Below are positions 26,167-36,189 of a DNA stretch of 64,000 nt, piece after piece. The stretch is from an uncultured Eubacteriales bacterium. Its GTDB lineage: Bacteria; Bacillota; Clostridia; Oscillospirales; Oscillospiraceae. The stretch's first letter is position 1, and each line of letters starts with the position of its first letter. The stretch covers positions 33,584-97,583 of the forward strand of contig ONCI01000003.1 in the NCBI GenBank assembly GCA_900316255.1. The letters run 5' to 3'. The notes under the pieces were generated by a model. The model worked only from the letters and a program-made list of their open reading frames with translations. It did no database searches and was not told the DNA's origin. A program made the translations under genes and the position numbers.

Positions 26167-28422
26167 ATGCGAATGCCAAAGCTCATATCGGATCTTGCGA
26201 TCATGCTGCTCACCGCCGGCGTGGTGGCGGTCCTCTTCAAACGGTTTAAGCTCCCCCTGGTCCTGGGCTACATCCTGGCGGGCTTCCTGGTCGGCCCCTA
26301 TATGCCCTGGTTTTTTACGGTGGCGGATGAGAGCTCCATCGAGACCTGGAGTGAGATCGGCATCATCGTGCTGATGTTCGGTCTGGGCCTGGAATTCAAT
26401 CTGCATAAGCTCGCCTCCGTAGGCGGCACTGCCATTATCACCGCCCTGACCGAGGTCTTCGGCATGCTGGTGCTGGGCTATCTGGTGGGCCAGGCCATGG
26501 GCTGGGGCATGATGGACAGTATTTTCCTGGGCGGCATGCTCTCCATGAGCTCCACCACCATCATCATCAAAGCCTTTGACGAGCTGGGCGTCCGGCAGGA
26601 GTCTTTTGCCCAGCTGGTCTTCGGCACCCTGGTCATCGAGGATATCGCCGGCATCTTTATGATGATCATCCTCTCCACCGTGTCGGTGAGCAAGAATATC
26701 TCCGGCGTGGATCTGGCTCTGCAGCTGGGGCTGCTGGTGCTGTACCTGGCCCTTTGGCTGATCCTGGGCATTTACATCATCCCCACCCTTCTGCGCAAGG
26801 CGGAGCGTTACATGAATAACGAGTCTCTGCTCCTGGCCTCCCTGGGCGTCTGCTTCGGCATGGTGCTGCTGGCTGACGCATTGGGCTTCTCCTCCGCTCT
26901 CGGCGCTTTTCTTGCGGGCTCGCTGCTGGCCGGCACCATCCATGCCGAGCGGGTGGAGCATCTGACCTCCGGGGTCAAGGACCTCTTCGGCTCGGTGTTC
27001 TTCCTGTCTGTGGGCATGATGCTGGACCCCGCCATGATCGTGAAGTACATCGTCCCCATCCTGATCGTGACCCTGGTGACCATTTTCGGAAAGCTGCTCA
27101 TCTCGGGCCTGGGTGTTCTGCTCTCCGGCCAGAGCCTTTCCAAGGCAGTCCACTGCGGCTGCTCCCTGGCCCAGATCGGTGAGTTTGCCTTCATCATCGC
27201 CTCCCTCGGCATGGGCCTCGGCGTCATCGAGGATAAGGTCTATCCCATCGTGGTGGCGGTTTCCATCCTCACAACCCTGACCACACCCTTCTTTATCAAG
27301 AGTGCGGACAAGATCTACGGTGCGCTCACAAGAGTGCTTCCCGCAAAACTCATCAACAAGCTGGAGCGCTACACCGGCGAGGATACGTCCAGCCGGGAGC
27401 AGGACAGCGACTGGGGCCGCTTCCTCCGCCGTTATGCCAAGGTCACCGCTCTCTACGGCGTGTTGATGGCGGGCGTGATCCTGCTGGGGCAGTTCGTGCT
27501 CTTCCCGCTGCTGCAGCGGACCCTGCCGGACCGGCGCTTTGCCGGGCCCATCGCCATGGTTTTCTGCGTCCTGGGCATCGCGCTCTTCGTGCGGCCCATG
27601 CTGGATCTCCATTCCACGGAGTATACCACCCTCTGGGTGAAGAACCGCTATTACCGTCTGCCGCTCATTACGCTGACGGCGCTGCGCTATCTTATCATCG
27701 TGTTCCTCGCTTTCTTCCCGCTGCAGACCCTGCTTGGCATCAATGGCGTTTGGCTGCTGCCGGTCATCGCCGCTGCGGTGGCGCTGATCTCCCGCTCCGG
27801 CTGGCTTTCCTCCGCATATATCTCCGCCGAGGCCCAGTTCATGGCCAACTTCAATGAGCGCAATCTCCAGCGGGATGACGAAAACACCGAGTGGCTGGAC
27901 GACAAGCTTTTTGTGGACAAGATGTACTGCCCTGCGGAGGTCTCCGGCAAGACCCTCAAGCAGCTGGACTGGGGCCGCCGCTTCAGCGTGAACGTGTTCC
28001 GCATCGTGCGCGGCAAGAAGCATCTGAACATGCCCTCCGGCAGTGCGGAGCTGCGGGAAGGGGACAAGATCCTGCTCATCGGCAGGAAGGAGGATATCCG
28101 TGCCCTGCGCCTGAGCATGAACATGGAGGAGACGGACCCGCCCACCCTCCGCGCCTTTATCGAAAAGTACGGGGAGGACGCCAACCACGTGTATGCCACG
28201 GTTATCCCCGTGGAGAAGGCCATCGAGCTTCAGGGCAAGACCATCCGCTCCAGCGGTCTCAGGGAGAAGTACGACTGCATGATCCTGGGCCTGCAGCGCA
28301 ACCGCCTGCCCATCCTCCAGCCAGATGTGAATATGACCATCCAGAAGGACGACCTGGTCTGGGTCCTGGGGACCCGGAAGATGGCGGCCAAGCTCCTGGC
28401 CGGCGGCTTCTCCGAGGACTGA
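26167..28422 (+). CDS. CPA2 (Kef-type) cation:proton antiporter with two C-terminal RCK_C/TrkA-C domains
   Basis: 751 aa; LPLVLGYILAGFLVGP N-terminus, ~12 TM, C-terminal repeats ...ELREGDKILLIG... and ...IQKDDLVWVLG...; start may be ATG 26173. Confidence 0.85.
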   Translation: MRMPKLISDLAIMLLTAGVVAVLFKRFKLPLVLGYILAGFLVGPYMPWFFTVADESSIETWSEIGIIVLMFGLGLEFNLHKLASVGGTAIITALTEVFGMLVLGYLVGQAMGWGMMDSIFLGGMLSMSSTTIIIKAFDELGVRQESFAQLVFGTLVIEDIAGIFMMIILSTVSVSKNISGVDLALQLGLLVLYLALWLILGIYIIPTLLRKAERYMNNESLLLASLGVCFGMVLLADALGFSSALGAFLAGSLLAGTIHAERVEHLTSGVKDLFGSVFFLSVGMMLDPAMIVKYIVPILIVTLVTIFGKLLISGLGVLLSGQSLSKAVHCGCSLAQIGEFAFIIASLGMGLGVIEDKVYPIVVAVSILTTLTTPFFIKSADKIYGALTRVLPAKLINKLERYTGEDTSSREQDSDWGRFLRRYAKVTALYGVLMAGVILLGQFVLFPLLQRTLPDRRFAGPIAMVFCVLGIALFVRPMLDLHSTEYTTLWVKNRYYRLPLITLTALRYLIIVFLAFFPLQTLLGINGVWLLPVIAAAVALISRSGWLSSAYISAEAQFMANFNERNLQRDDENTEWLDDKLFVDKMYCPAEVSGKTLKQLDWGRRFSVNVFRIVRGKKHLNMPSGSAELREGDKILLIGRKEDIRALRLSMNMEETDPPTLRAFIEKYGEDANHVYATVIPVEKAIELQGKTIRSSGLREKYDCMILGLQRNRLPILQPDVNMTIQKDDLVWVLGTRKMAAKLLAGGFSED

Positions 28423-28442
28423 TCGGAATGAAAACCAATAGG

Positions 28443-28479
28443 CAAAAGCCGCTTCTCCCTTGCGGAGAGGCGGCTTTTG
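28443..28479 (+). terminator. Terminator after antiporter gene
   Basis: CAAAAGCCGCTTCTCC / GGAGAGGCGGCTTTTG, 16 positions with 1 mismatch, 5-nt loop. Confidence 0.65.
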
Positions 28480-28521
28480 TGGTACGCTTTTTCAAAGAAA
28501 GCGTATTGTGAGGAAATCACG

Positions 28522-30672
28522 ATGGATCTGAAACATCTGAACGCCGCCCAGCGGGAGGCCGTAACTACCACGGAGGGTTATGTCCGGGTCATCGCCGGGG
28601 CCGGCTCCGGCAAGACCCGTGCCCTGAGCCACCGCTTTGCCTATCTGGTGAACGCCATGGGCATCCTCCCGGGGAATATCCTCTGCGTCACCTTTACCAA
28701 CAAGGCCGCCAACGAGATGCGCCAGCGCATCCACAATCTCACCGGGGACAACGACACCGGCTATATCAACACCTTCCACGGCTTCTGCGTCTCCGTTCTG
28801 CAGGAGGACAGCTACGCCGTCCAGTATCCCCGCAGCTTCCTGGTGCTGGACAATTCGGATATCGACGCCATGCTCCAGATCATCTATGAGGAGCGGGGAC
28901 TGAGCCTGCGGGACAAGACCTTCGCCCAGGCCCGGGACATGATTGAGATCCAGAAGGGCATCCGAAAGCCGGACTACTACAAGGACCTGATCGACATGTC
29001 CCTGGAGCAGCTCCGAAGAAAGTACGAGCAGGCCAAAACCGTGGACGACATCATCTTCTACGGCTATCTGTACCAGGAGAAAAAGTGCTTTGGTCTGGAC
29101 TACAACGATCTCATCTTTGTGACCCTGTACATCTTCGAGCAGAACGAGGAGATCCGCCTGAAATGGCAGCAGCGCCTGGAATACATCATGATCGATGAGT
29201 TCCAGGATATCGACCCGCCCCAGTACCGGCTGATGAAGGTCCTCTGCGGCTACCACAAGAACCTCTTCATCGTGGGGGATCCGGACCAGACCATCTACAC
29301 CTGGCGTGGAGCCGACGTCCGTTTTTTGCTGGATTTTGACCAGGAGTTTCCCGGGACGAAGACCATCCTGATGATGGAAAACTACCGCTCCACGCCCCAG
29401 ATCCTGGCGGCGGCCAATTCCCTCATCGAAAAGAACCGGACGAGGATCAAAAAAGACCTGATCCCCACTTTGCCGGAGGGACCCCTGCCTCTCTGCCACC
29501 ACGCCCCCAATGCGGAGGCGGAGGCGGAGCAGATCGCCTTCCAGATGTGGGAACTGCACGACAAAGGCGTGCCCTTCCGGGAGATGACGGTGCTCTATCG
29601 GGCCCACTATCTCACCAACAAGCTGGAGGAGGTGCTGCGCAAGCGGAAGATCCCCTATGTGCTCTACAGCGGCGTGCCCTTCTTCGGCCGCCGGGAGATC
29701 AAGGACGCCCTGAGCTATCTGCGCATGGTGGCTTACAAGGACGATCTCTCCTTCGCCCGCATCGCCAACGTCCCCAAGCGCAACCTGGGGCAGCGGCGGA
29801 TGCAGTTTTTGCGGGAACGGGCCGAGAAGGAGAGCTGCAGCCTCTATCAGGCTCTCTGCCGCAGCACGGAGGAGGAGCTTTTCAAGGGCACCGGCGCCCT
29901 CAAATTCATCTCCCTCATCGAGAGTTTTGCCCAGAGCTACGAAACCCGTCCCATCTCCGAGCTCCTGAGCGACTTGCTGGACAAGAGCGGCTACGAGCGG
30001 ATGCTGCGCACCGAGGGCAGTCAGGAGCGACTGGACAACCTGGCGGAGCTGAAGCAGTCCGTCTATGAATACGAGACCGGCTGCGGCGAGGAGGCCGCCC
30101 TGGAGCACTATCTCAGCCACGTGGCCCTCTTTACCAACGCCGACGCCGAGGATGGGGGAGACAAGGTCAAACTCATGACGGTCCACGCCGCCAAGGGCCT
30201 GGAGTTTCCCTATGTGTTCCTCTGCGGCCTCAACGAGGGCGTCTTCCCCTCCGGCCGCACCAGCACCCTTCCCGGCATGGAGGAGGAGCGGCGCCTGGCC
30301 TTTGTGGCCCTCACCCGGGCGGAGAAGGAGCTCTACCTCTCCGAGGCGGAAGGCAGAAATCTGGACGCCTCGCCCCGTTATCCCTCCCGCTTCCTGCTGG
30401 ACATCGATCCGGACTTGCTGGCCTATACCGCGCCGCCCAAGGAGAGCCTGATCCGGGACGCCCGGGAATATATCGCCGCCAGCGAGAAGTACCTGCCCGA
30501 GGCAAAGCCGGAGGAGGGCTTTGCGGTGGGAGCCCGGATCCGCCATGAGATCCTGGGGGAGGGGACCGTCCTGGAGATCGACCGGGACAAGGAGGCCTAC
30601 GTCCTGCAGTTTGACGGCATGAAAACGCCCCGCCGCATCAGCTTCCGGGTGAAGTTGGAGAAGGCGGATTGA
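28522..30672 (+). CDS. pcrA: ATP-dependent DNA helicase, UvrD/PcrA/Rep family
   Basis: Start MDLKHLNAAQREAV at ATG 28522; AGAGSGKTRAL, CVTFTNKAANEM, MIDEFQDI, TVHAAKGLEFPYVFL. Confidence 0.9.
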   Translation: MDLKHLNAAQREAVTTTEGYVRVIAGAGSGKTRALSHRFAYLVNAMGILPGNILCVTFTNKAANEMRQRIHNLTGDNDTGYINTFHGFCVSVLQEDSYAVQYPRSFLVLDNSDIDAMLQIIYEERGLSLRDKTFAQARDMIEIQKGIRKPDYYKDLIDMSLEQLRRKYEQAKTVDDIIFYGYLYQEKKCFGLDYNDLIFVTLYIFEQNEEIRLKWQQRLEYIMIDEFQDIDPPQYRLMKVLCGYHKNLFIVGDPDQTIYTWRGADVRFLLDFDQEFPGTKTILMMENYRSTPQILAAANSLIEKNRTRIKKDLIPTLPEGPLPLCHHAPNAEAEAEQIAFQMWELHDKGVPFREMTVLYRAHYLTNKLEEVLRKRKIPYVLYSGVPFFGRREIKDALSYLRMVAYKDDLSFARIANVPKRNLGQRRMQFLRERAEKESCSLYQALCRSTEEELFKGTGALKFISLIESFAQSYETRPISELLSDLLDKSGYERMLRTEGSQERLDNLAELKQSVYEYETGCGEEAALEHYLSHVALFTNADAEDGGDKVKLMTVHAAKGLEFPYVFLCGLNEGVFPSGRTSTLPGMEEERRLAFVALTRAEKELYLSEAEGRNLDASPRYPSRFLLDIDPDLLAYTAPPKESLIRDAREYIAASEKYLPEAKPEEGFAVGARIRHEILGEGTVLEIDRDKEAYVLQFDGMKTPRRISFRVKLEKAD

Positions 30673-30748
30673 AATACAGGCAGCCTGCAGCCGACTTCCT
30701 CATATCCTTTATCGAAAAGGGCACGTTGCAAAATAGCGGCGAATAACA

Positions 30749-30788
30749 AAAGCACCAGTTAGGTCCAAAAGGACTTGGCTGGTGCTTT
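30749..30788 (+). terminator. Strand-specific terminator hairpin after pcrA
   Basis: 18-bp stem 30749-30766 / 30771-30788 with three G-U pairs that only pair in the plus-strand transcript. Confidence 0.55.
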
Positions 30789-30813
30789 CGTTTGCGTTAA
30801 GCTATTGGTGTGA

Positions 30814-31068
30814 AACAAAACAAAACGCAAGGAGAACATCACGACAGAGTACGGGATCTATCTGCGTCAATGCCGGTCGATCCAGGTGGAAGGCGCTTTC
30901 GGGCTGCTCAAGAACGACTTTGGCTTTCGCCGTTTCCTCACACGGGGAAGGAAGAACGTTCGTACGGAGCTGTTCTTCCTGGCGCTTGCTTTTGACCTGA
31001 AAAAGCTCTGGATGAAACGCGAAAAAGGGCGATTGCGAACGCATTTGTCCGAGATTTCGGCTGCGTAA
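30814..31068 (+). mobile_element. IS1182-family transposase remnant (C-terminal ~84 codons only)
   Basis: Frame reads ...YGIYLRQCRSIQVEGAFGLLKNDFGFRRFLTRGRKNVRTELFFLALAFDLKKLW..., the conserved C-terminal end of IS1182-type DDE transposases; opens directly after a stop at 30811. Confidence 0.7.
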
Positions 31069-31155
31069 CGAATAATTGAATCTCTTTTCAACATTTGGCG
31101 CCAGTCTATGGACTGGGGCTGGGCAACGGCCCCTCTCTTATTCCTGTGCTCCGCT

Positions 31156-32280
31156 TCAGATCTTTACCGGGACGCCGTTCAGCTCCACGCCGTTGGAGGC
31201 GTCGATGATAATCACTTTTTTCCCGTCCAGGATCCTGGCCTGGACCAGCATGCTGTGCTCCGGGGAGACCTGGATCTTGACCTCCGGGGTCTGGATCTCC
31301 ATCTTCCTGGGGTTGGACAGATTGGCGGGCCGCAGCTCCGCGTCCTTGCCGAAGGTCTCCTCGCAGCGCTGCTCGAAATGCTGCCGCTCTTCGGCGGTGG
31401 CGCCGCTGTTTTCCAGAATATCGCCCATCTCCCGCACCGTGACGGTCAGAGGCTCCGGGTCCTTGCTCTCCTTGTGCAGGGTGATCCGGTCAGAGAGCTG
31501 CTCGTGCACGGACTGGACCAAATCGAAGCGACAGTCCTGCTCCAGCACGTCGGAGAGCAGACCGTCGAAGCTCTCCCGCTGACGCTGGGCGGGCATGGGG
31601 ACTTCGGTACGGAACACCGCGTCGATGAAGTCCGCGTGATCCGCCTTGCAGTCCCGGGAATAGAACAGCGCGTTGTAGAGATTGGTGGCCCTGTCGTCAA
31701 AAGCGGGGAAGAGGAAGCCCAGTTCCGGGGCGGACACCACCTGGCCAGCCGTGGCGCTGTGAAAGCGCTTGTCCTCCGGGGTGTAGCCCAGCTCGCTCTT
31801 TCCGCCCTCCACCGGACACACAGCGCAAAGCATGTATTTATAGACAGCTCCCGCGTCGCCGATGCTTCCGTCCTTGCCGTAATGGGGCACATCGTAGGTA
31901 TCAAAGGCCAGCAGGATCAGATAGTTTCCGCCGTCCACGTCCAAGTGATCGATAATCGTGTGATAAAACTGGTCCAGCAGGGCAGGGTCCTGCCCCTCGC
32001 TTTTGCGCAGGGCGGAGAGCAGCCTGTGCTCGTCGCTGTCCAATACCTGCTTGGTGGCAAAGGCAATGTCCAGCAGGTTTTTTCCCAAAGCGCCGGAAAG
32101 AATCTTTTTCAGCAGCGCAAAGTATTTCTCCTGCTCTTCCGCTGTGAGCAGGCCCAAAGATTCGTTCAGCGTGGAGATGATCTCCCCGGAACCGTTCACG
32201 TAGCAGCCATACAGATGTGTGATGCTGTTGTGCTCCGGCCGGATGCGGCGGCGGATCTCCCGCAGCTCCTTTTGATTCAT
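31156..32280 (-). CDS. DUF4317-like protein
   Basis: Likely start ATG 32280 (MNQKELREIRRRIRPEHNSITHLYGCYVN...), 374 aa; family assignment from memory of N-terminal pattern. Confidence 0.65.
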   Translation of the reverse strand: MNQKELREIRRRIRPEHNSITHLYGCYVNGSGEIISTLNESLGLLTAEEQEKYFALLKKILSGALGKNLLDIAFATKQVLDSDEHRLLSALRKSEGQDPALLDQFYHTIIDHLDVDGGNYLILLAFDTYDVPHYGKDGSIGDAGAVYKYMLCAVCPVEGGKSELGYTPEDKRFHSATAGQVVSAPELGFLFPAFDDRATNLYNALFYSRDCKADHADFIDAVFRTEVPMPAQRQRESFDGLLSDVLEQDCRFDLVQSVHEQLSDRITLHKESKDPEPLTVTVREMGDILENSGATAEERQHFEQRCEETFGKDAELRPANLSNPRKMEIQTPEVKIQVSPEHSMLVQARILDGKKVIIIDASNGVELNGVPVKI

Positions 32281-32538
32281 GGTCAAACGGTCCTTTCCCA
32301 AAATGCAAGGGGCATTATGGCACAAAACCCGGCTTTTGTCCAGCGCGGAATAGGGCCATGCCGCGAAGAGGCGGATTCTCACTTCCGGCTGTATGCCGTG
32401 AAAGCGGAAAAATCCCTTCTTCACCTGCGTGGGGCAGTGTAAAAGAAAGAATCGAAAACAGGTCGAATATACAAAAAACAGGTAGAGAACCGCTGAAAGA
32501 ATGGATGAAATTATCAACTTGATTCTTGACGCGCACGG

Positions 32539-32567
32539 TTGAAATCCAGGTCGTCCTGTGTTATGAT
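32539..32567 (+). promoter_or_regulatory. Candidate promoter of the polysaccharide locus
   Basis: TTGAAA (32539-32544) - 17 nt - TATGAT (32562-32567) with TGn extension. Confidence 0.5.
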
Positions 32568-32602
32568 ACCCATATTGACATAACGATACCGGAGAGGATT
32601 TC

Positions 32603-34651
32603 ATGGATAAAAAAATCCCGGAAAACTTCCTTCATAAACCTCTGATCGCACACTGGCAGCTCATTTCGCTCTTTCTGATGGCCTATGATGCGGTCAGCGT
32701 CAGCGTTTCGTTTTTGATCGCGCTCTGGCTGCGCTTCGACTGCAGATTCACCCTCATCCCGCAGGATTATTACATTGCCTGGATGCGCTTTATTCCCTAT
32801 TATGCTGTAATTTGTCTGGTGCTCTTTTGGGCCTTCAAGCTTTATCAGAGCATCTGGCGTTTTGCCAGCTTCAATGAGCTGGAACGGATCTTTGTGGCCA
32901 ATACCATCGCGGGTCTGGTTCACATTTTGGGGATCACCCTGCTGGTGTATCGCATGCCCATCTCCTATTACGCCATGGGCATCGTTTTGCAGACGATCCT
33001 GATCGTGGGCATCCGCTTCACATACCGCTTCATTTTGCTGCTGCGGGGCGTCCGGGGAAAGAAGGGCCAGTCTGTCCACCGGGTCATGCTGATCGGCGCC
33101 GGTGAGGCGGGCCAGCTGATCCTCCATGACCTGATGAAATCCAAGGACAGCCAGGACCGGGTCTGCTGCATCATCGATGACAATCCCAACAAGTGGAACC
33201 GCTATGTGGACGGTGTTCCGGTGGTGGGCGGCCGGGAGGATATCCTTCTCAACTGCGAAAAGTTTAAGATCGATCGGATCTACCTTGCCATCCCTTCCGC
33301 CTCTGCCGAGGCCAAGCGTGATATTTTGGACATATGCAAGGAGACCGGCTGCGAGATGAAGACGCTGCCCAGTATCGTCCAGCTCGTCAAGGGAAGCGTT
33401 ACAGTCAGAGCCATGAAGGACGTGGCCATCGAAGATCTGCTCGGTCGGGAGCCGATCCGGACGGACATGACGGACGTGTTCCGCTACCTTGCAGGAAAGA
33501 CCATTCTGGTCACCGGGGGCGGCGGCTCCATCGGCAGTGAGCTCTGCCGGCAGATCGCCTCCCATGATCCCAGGCAGCTCATTATCTTTGATATCTATGA
33601 GAACAACGCCTATGATATCCAGCTGGAGCTGCGGGACAAGTATCCCGACCTGAATCTTGTGACCCTGATCGGCTCTGTGCGGGACAGCCGGAGGTTGGAT
33701 GAGATTTTTTCGGACTATCATCCTGATGTGGTCTATCATGCGGCAGCCCATAAGCATGTTCCGCTGATGGAGGACAGCCCCTGCGAGGCCATCAAGAACA
33801 ACGTCATCGGTACATACAAGACTGCCTACGCGGCCATGGCTCACGGCTGCAAGCGCTTTGTGCTCATCAGCACCGACAAGGCTGTAAATCCCACCAACAT
33901 CATGGGTGCTTCCAAGCGCCTGTGCGAGATGGTGATCCAGGCTTTCGACAGAAAGGTGCGGGAGGGCCGCCCCTTCGATATGCCCACGCTCTATACCCAT
34001 AACGGAGAATTCAGCGATCCTGTCAGCAAACTGCGGGTGCCCGCGGATGAGATCCGGACGGAATTTGTAGCGGTCCGCTTCGGCAACGTGCTGGGGAGCA
34101 ACGGCTCGGTGGTCCCCCTTTTCAAACGGCAGATCGCCAAAGGCGGTCCCGTCACGGTGACCCATCCGGACATTATCCGCTATTTCATGACTGTCAGCGA
34201 GGCAGTGAGCCTGGTGCTCCAGGCCGGTACCTATGCCAAGGGCGGAGAGATCTTTGTGCTGGATATGGGCAGCCCTGTCAAGATCGACACCCTGGCCCGC
34301 AACTTGATCCGCCTCTCCGGCTTCAAGCCCGACGTGGATATCAAGATCGAGTATACCGGCCTTCGCCCCGGCGAGAAGCTGTATGAAGAGAAGCTGATGG
34401 CAGAGGAGGGCCTGCGTAAAACCGCCAATGAGCTGATCCACATTGGCAGCCCCATTCCCTTTGACACGGATGAGTTCCTCTCCCAGCTGGAGCCCCTGAT
34501 GGAGCGCGCCTATGCCAACCGGGAAGATATCCGCGAGACGGTGGAGAGTATGGTTTCCACATACCATCCCGTCCCTCGCAATGGAGAGAATCAAAAGGAC
34601 CCTGTGCTTGAAACTCCCGCTGCAGCGGGTGCCTATAGCCATTCACTATGA
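32603..34651 (+). CDS. Membrane-bound NDP-sugar 4,6-dehydratase (CapD/PglF/WbpM family)
   Basis: 682 aa; four N-terminal TM helices; MLIGAGEAGQ and VTGGGGSIGSEL Rossmann motifs; YHAAAHKHVPLME; STDKAVNPTNIMGASKR. Confidence 0.9.
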   Translation: MDKKIPENFLHKPLIAHWQLISLFLMAYDAVSVSVSFLIALWLRFDCRFTLIPQDYYIAWMRFIPYYAVICLVLFWAFKLYQSIWRFASFNELERIFVANTIAGLVHILGITLLVYRMPISYYAMGIVLQTILIVGIRFTYRFILLLRGVRGKKGQSVHRVMLIGAGEAGQLILHDLMKSKDSQDRVCCIIDDNPNKWNRYVDGVPVVGGREDILLNCEKFKIDRIYLAIPSASAEAKRDILDICKETGCEMKTLPSIVQLVKGSVTVRAMKDVAIEDLLGREPIRTDMTDVFRYLAGKTILVTGGGGSIGSELCRQIASHDPRQLIIFDIYENNAYDIQLELRDKYPDLNLVTLIGSVRDSRRLDEIFSDYHPDVVYHAAAHKHVPLMEDSPCEAIKNNVIGTYKTAYAAMAHGCKRFVLISTDKAVNPTNIMGASKRLCEMVIQAFDRKVREGRPFDMPTLYTHNGEFSDPVSKLRVPADEIRTEFVAVRFGNVLGSNGSVVPLFKRQIAKGGPVTVTHPDIIRYFMTVSEAVSLVLQAGTYAKGGEIFVLDMGSPVKIDTLARNLIRLSGFKPDVDIKIEYTGLRPGEKLYEEKLMAEEGLRKTANELIHIGSPIPFDTDEFLSQLEPLMERAYANREDIRETVESMVSTYHPVPRNGENQKDPVLETPAAAGAYSHSL

Positions 34652-34657
34652 TTGGAA

Positions 34658-34691
34658 GGTGGGAAAGAGTGCATCCTTTCCCACCTTTTCC
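34658..34691 (+). terminator. Terminator after capD-like gene
   Basis: GGTGGGAAAG (34658-34667) / CTTTCCCACC (34676-34685), 8-nt loop, T4. Confidence 0.65.
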
Positions 34692-34791
34692 AATCGATTC
34701 TGCTCCCTGATGAGAAGCGGACAAGGACGGTCCCGATTCGCTGGATCCGGGTGCGCGACAGCGCCCATCCGGGGAGCGCGGAACGATTCTG

Positions 34792-34820
34792 TTGAATTCT
34801 GTTTTCATCAGTGTTATAAT
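34792..34820 (+). promoter_or_regulatory. Strong internal promoter at start of the AT-richer core
   Basis: TTGAAT (34792-34797) - 17 nt - TATAAT (34815-34820) with TGn extension. Confidence 0.55.
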
Positions 34821-34906
34821 AAAATAATAGATTGCTTGTGACTGTTCCCGATCGGCACGATCGGCAGGGCTCTGCAGGCATGATGAATCTTGATGGAGAA
34901 GTCCAT

Positions 34907-36124
34907 ATGTTGACGAGTACACAGAAGCAGCTGCTGGATATCCTTGCCGGTCAGCTCTTTGGAAAACCCCTCCCGGAATATACGGATACGGATTGGCCTG
35001 CGCTCATGAAAGAGGCAAAGCAGCAGGCGGTGTATCCGATCGTTTTCCAGGCGGTCGAAGAGCGGCTGGCGGAAGAACTGCCCGAGGAGCAGTTTCAGCA
35101 GTATCAGGACATCTATATGCGGTATCTTGCCGCGAATTTCCGGGTTTCTGCCCTGCATGCTTCTGTGCACAAACTGATGACGGAGAACAAGATCCCCTAT
35201 GTGATCCTGAAGGGGCTTTCGTCCTCTGACTATTATCCGGAGCCTCTGCTCCGCCCTATGGGAGATGTGGATTTCCTCGTATCAAGGGAAAATCTGCAGC
35301 AGGCCGATCAGCTGCTCCGTCAGGAAGGCTTTGAGCGTGACCCGGAAACAGTGGACCACCCCTTCCACTGGGAATACAACAGGGGGAAGGATTCGGTGGA
35401 GCTGCACTGGAACGTGCCCGGTGTTCCGCTTACCAATCGGGAGCGCTATATGGAAGCTCTGGAGGGGATCGTGCCCCAGGGGACGGTCAGAGTTGTGAGT
35501 GACACGGAATTTGTCGCACCGACAGAGTACTATCACGGTCTTGTTCTGCTGCTTCACACCGCCGGTCATCTTACTGCCAAAGGGATCGGGATTCGGCATT
35601 TGTGTGACTGGCTCGTCTTTGAAAACGGCATCCCGGAGGAACGCTTTGTCCTGCTCTTTCGGGATACTTTGCAGAAGATCGGCCTCTGGACCTTTGCATG
35701 CGCGATGACGGATCTGGGTGTACGGTATTTTGGATGTGAACCGAGGGCGTTTTGTTCCCGCATCAATACCGCGATGACCGACAGGCTGCTGGAAGATTTT
35801 TTTGACGGCGGCAATTTCGGCGAAAAGAATTCACTTCGACAGGGTCAGATGACCATGTTCCGAAGCTATCGCTCCAGACGCATCAGTGAGAGCTCGTTTC
35901 TTCGCGTTGCGCTGGACAACATGGACTACAAGACAAAGCAGCGGTTTCCGATCTGCGTCAGACATCCGGCCCTGTACCCGGCTTGCTGGATCGTAATGGG
36001 AGCGCTTGCGTTCTACCACCGCGTATCGGGTGAGGGTACTCCCGTGCTCCGGAAGGGGATTCTGCTCGCCGCCAGAGATCGGCAAAAACTCTATAACGAA
36101 CTGAAACTGTTTACACAGGATTGA
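34907..36124 (+). CDS. Uncharacterised nucleotidyltransferase family protein (NTP_transf_5-like)
   Basis: ~405 aa; LRPMGDVDFLVSRENL nucleotidyltransferase motif; start 34907 or 34880. Confidence 0.7.
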   Translation: MLTSTQKQLLDILAGQLFGKPLPEYTDTDWPALMKEAKQQAVYPIVFQAVEERLAEELPEEQFQQYQDIYMRYLAANFRVSALHASVHKLMTENKIPYVILKGLSSSDYYPEPLLRPMGDVDFLVSRENLQQADQLLRQEGFERDPETVDHPFHWEYNRGKDSVELHWNVPGVPLTNRERYMEALEGIVPQGTVRVVSDTEFVAPTEYYHGLVLLLHTAGHLTAKGIGIRHLCDWLVFENGIPEERFVLLFRDTLQKIGLWTFACAMTDLGVRYFGCEPRAFCSRINTAMTDRLLEDFFDGGNFGEKNSLRQGQMTMFRSYRSRRISESSFLRVALDNMDYKTKQRFPICVRHPALYPACWIVMGALAFYHRVSGEGTPVLRKGILLAARDRQKLYNELKLFTQD

Positions 36125-36189
36125 CCATGCTGAACGCAACTCTGTTTTAAGTCTTCCTGAACAGATGTGTGTGAAAAGGATGTTTTGAT

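Noticed and set aside
26143-30546. Minus-strand ORFs 26143..28188 (681 aa) and 28492..30546 (684 aa)
   Set aside because: They are antisense to the antiporter and the PcrA helicase, both with diagnostic motifs. Their translations are H/Q/G/D/A-rich.
28522-32280. Helicase plus IS remnant plus DUF4317-like gene as a possible defence island
   Set aside because: The helicase has a full housekeeping PcrA/UvrD motif set and its own terminator. No nuclease, methylase or other defence-type partner is present. The DUF4317-like gene is on the opposite strand with a separate promoter.
31108-32442. 444-aa plus-strand ORF opposite the DUF4317-like gene
   Set aside because: Low-complexity shadow. The minus frame has balanced composition and a good RBS and start at 32280.
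32561-34642. 693-aa minus-strand ORF opposite the CapD-like gene
   Set aside because: Shadow ORF. The plus frame has Rossmann and SDR catalytic motifs.
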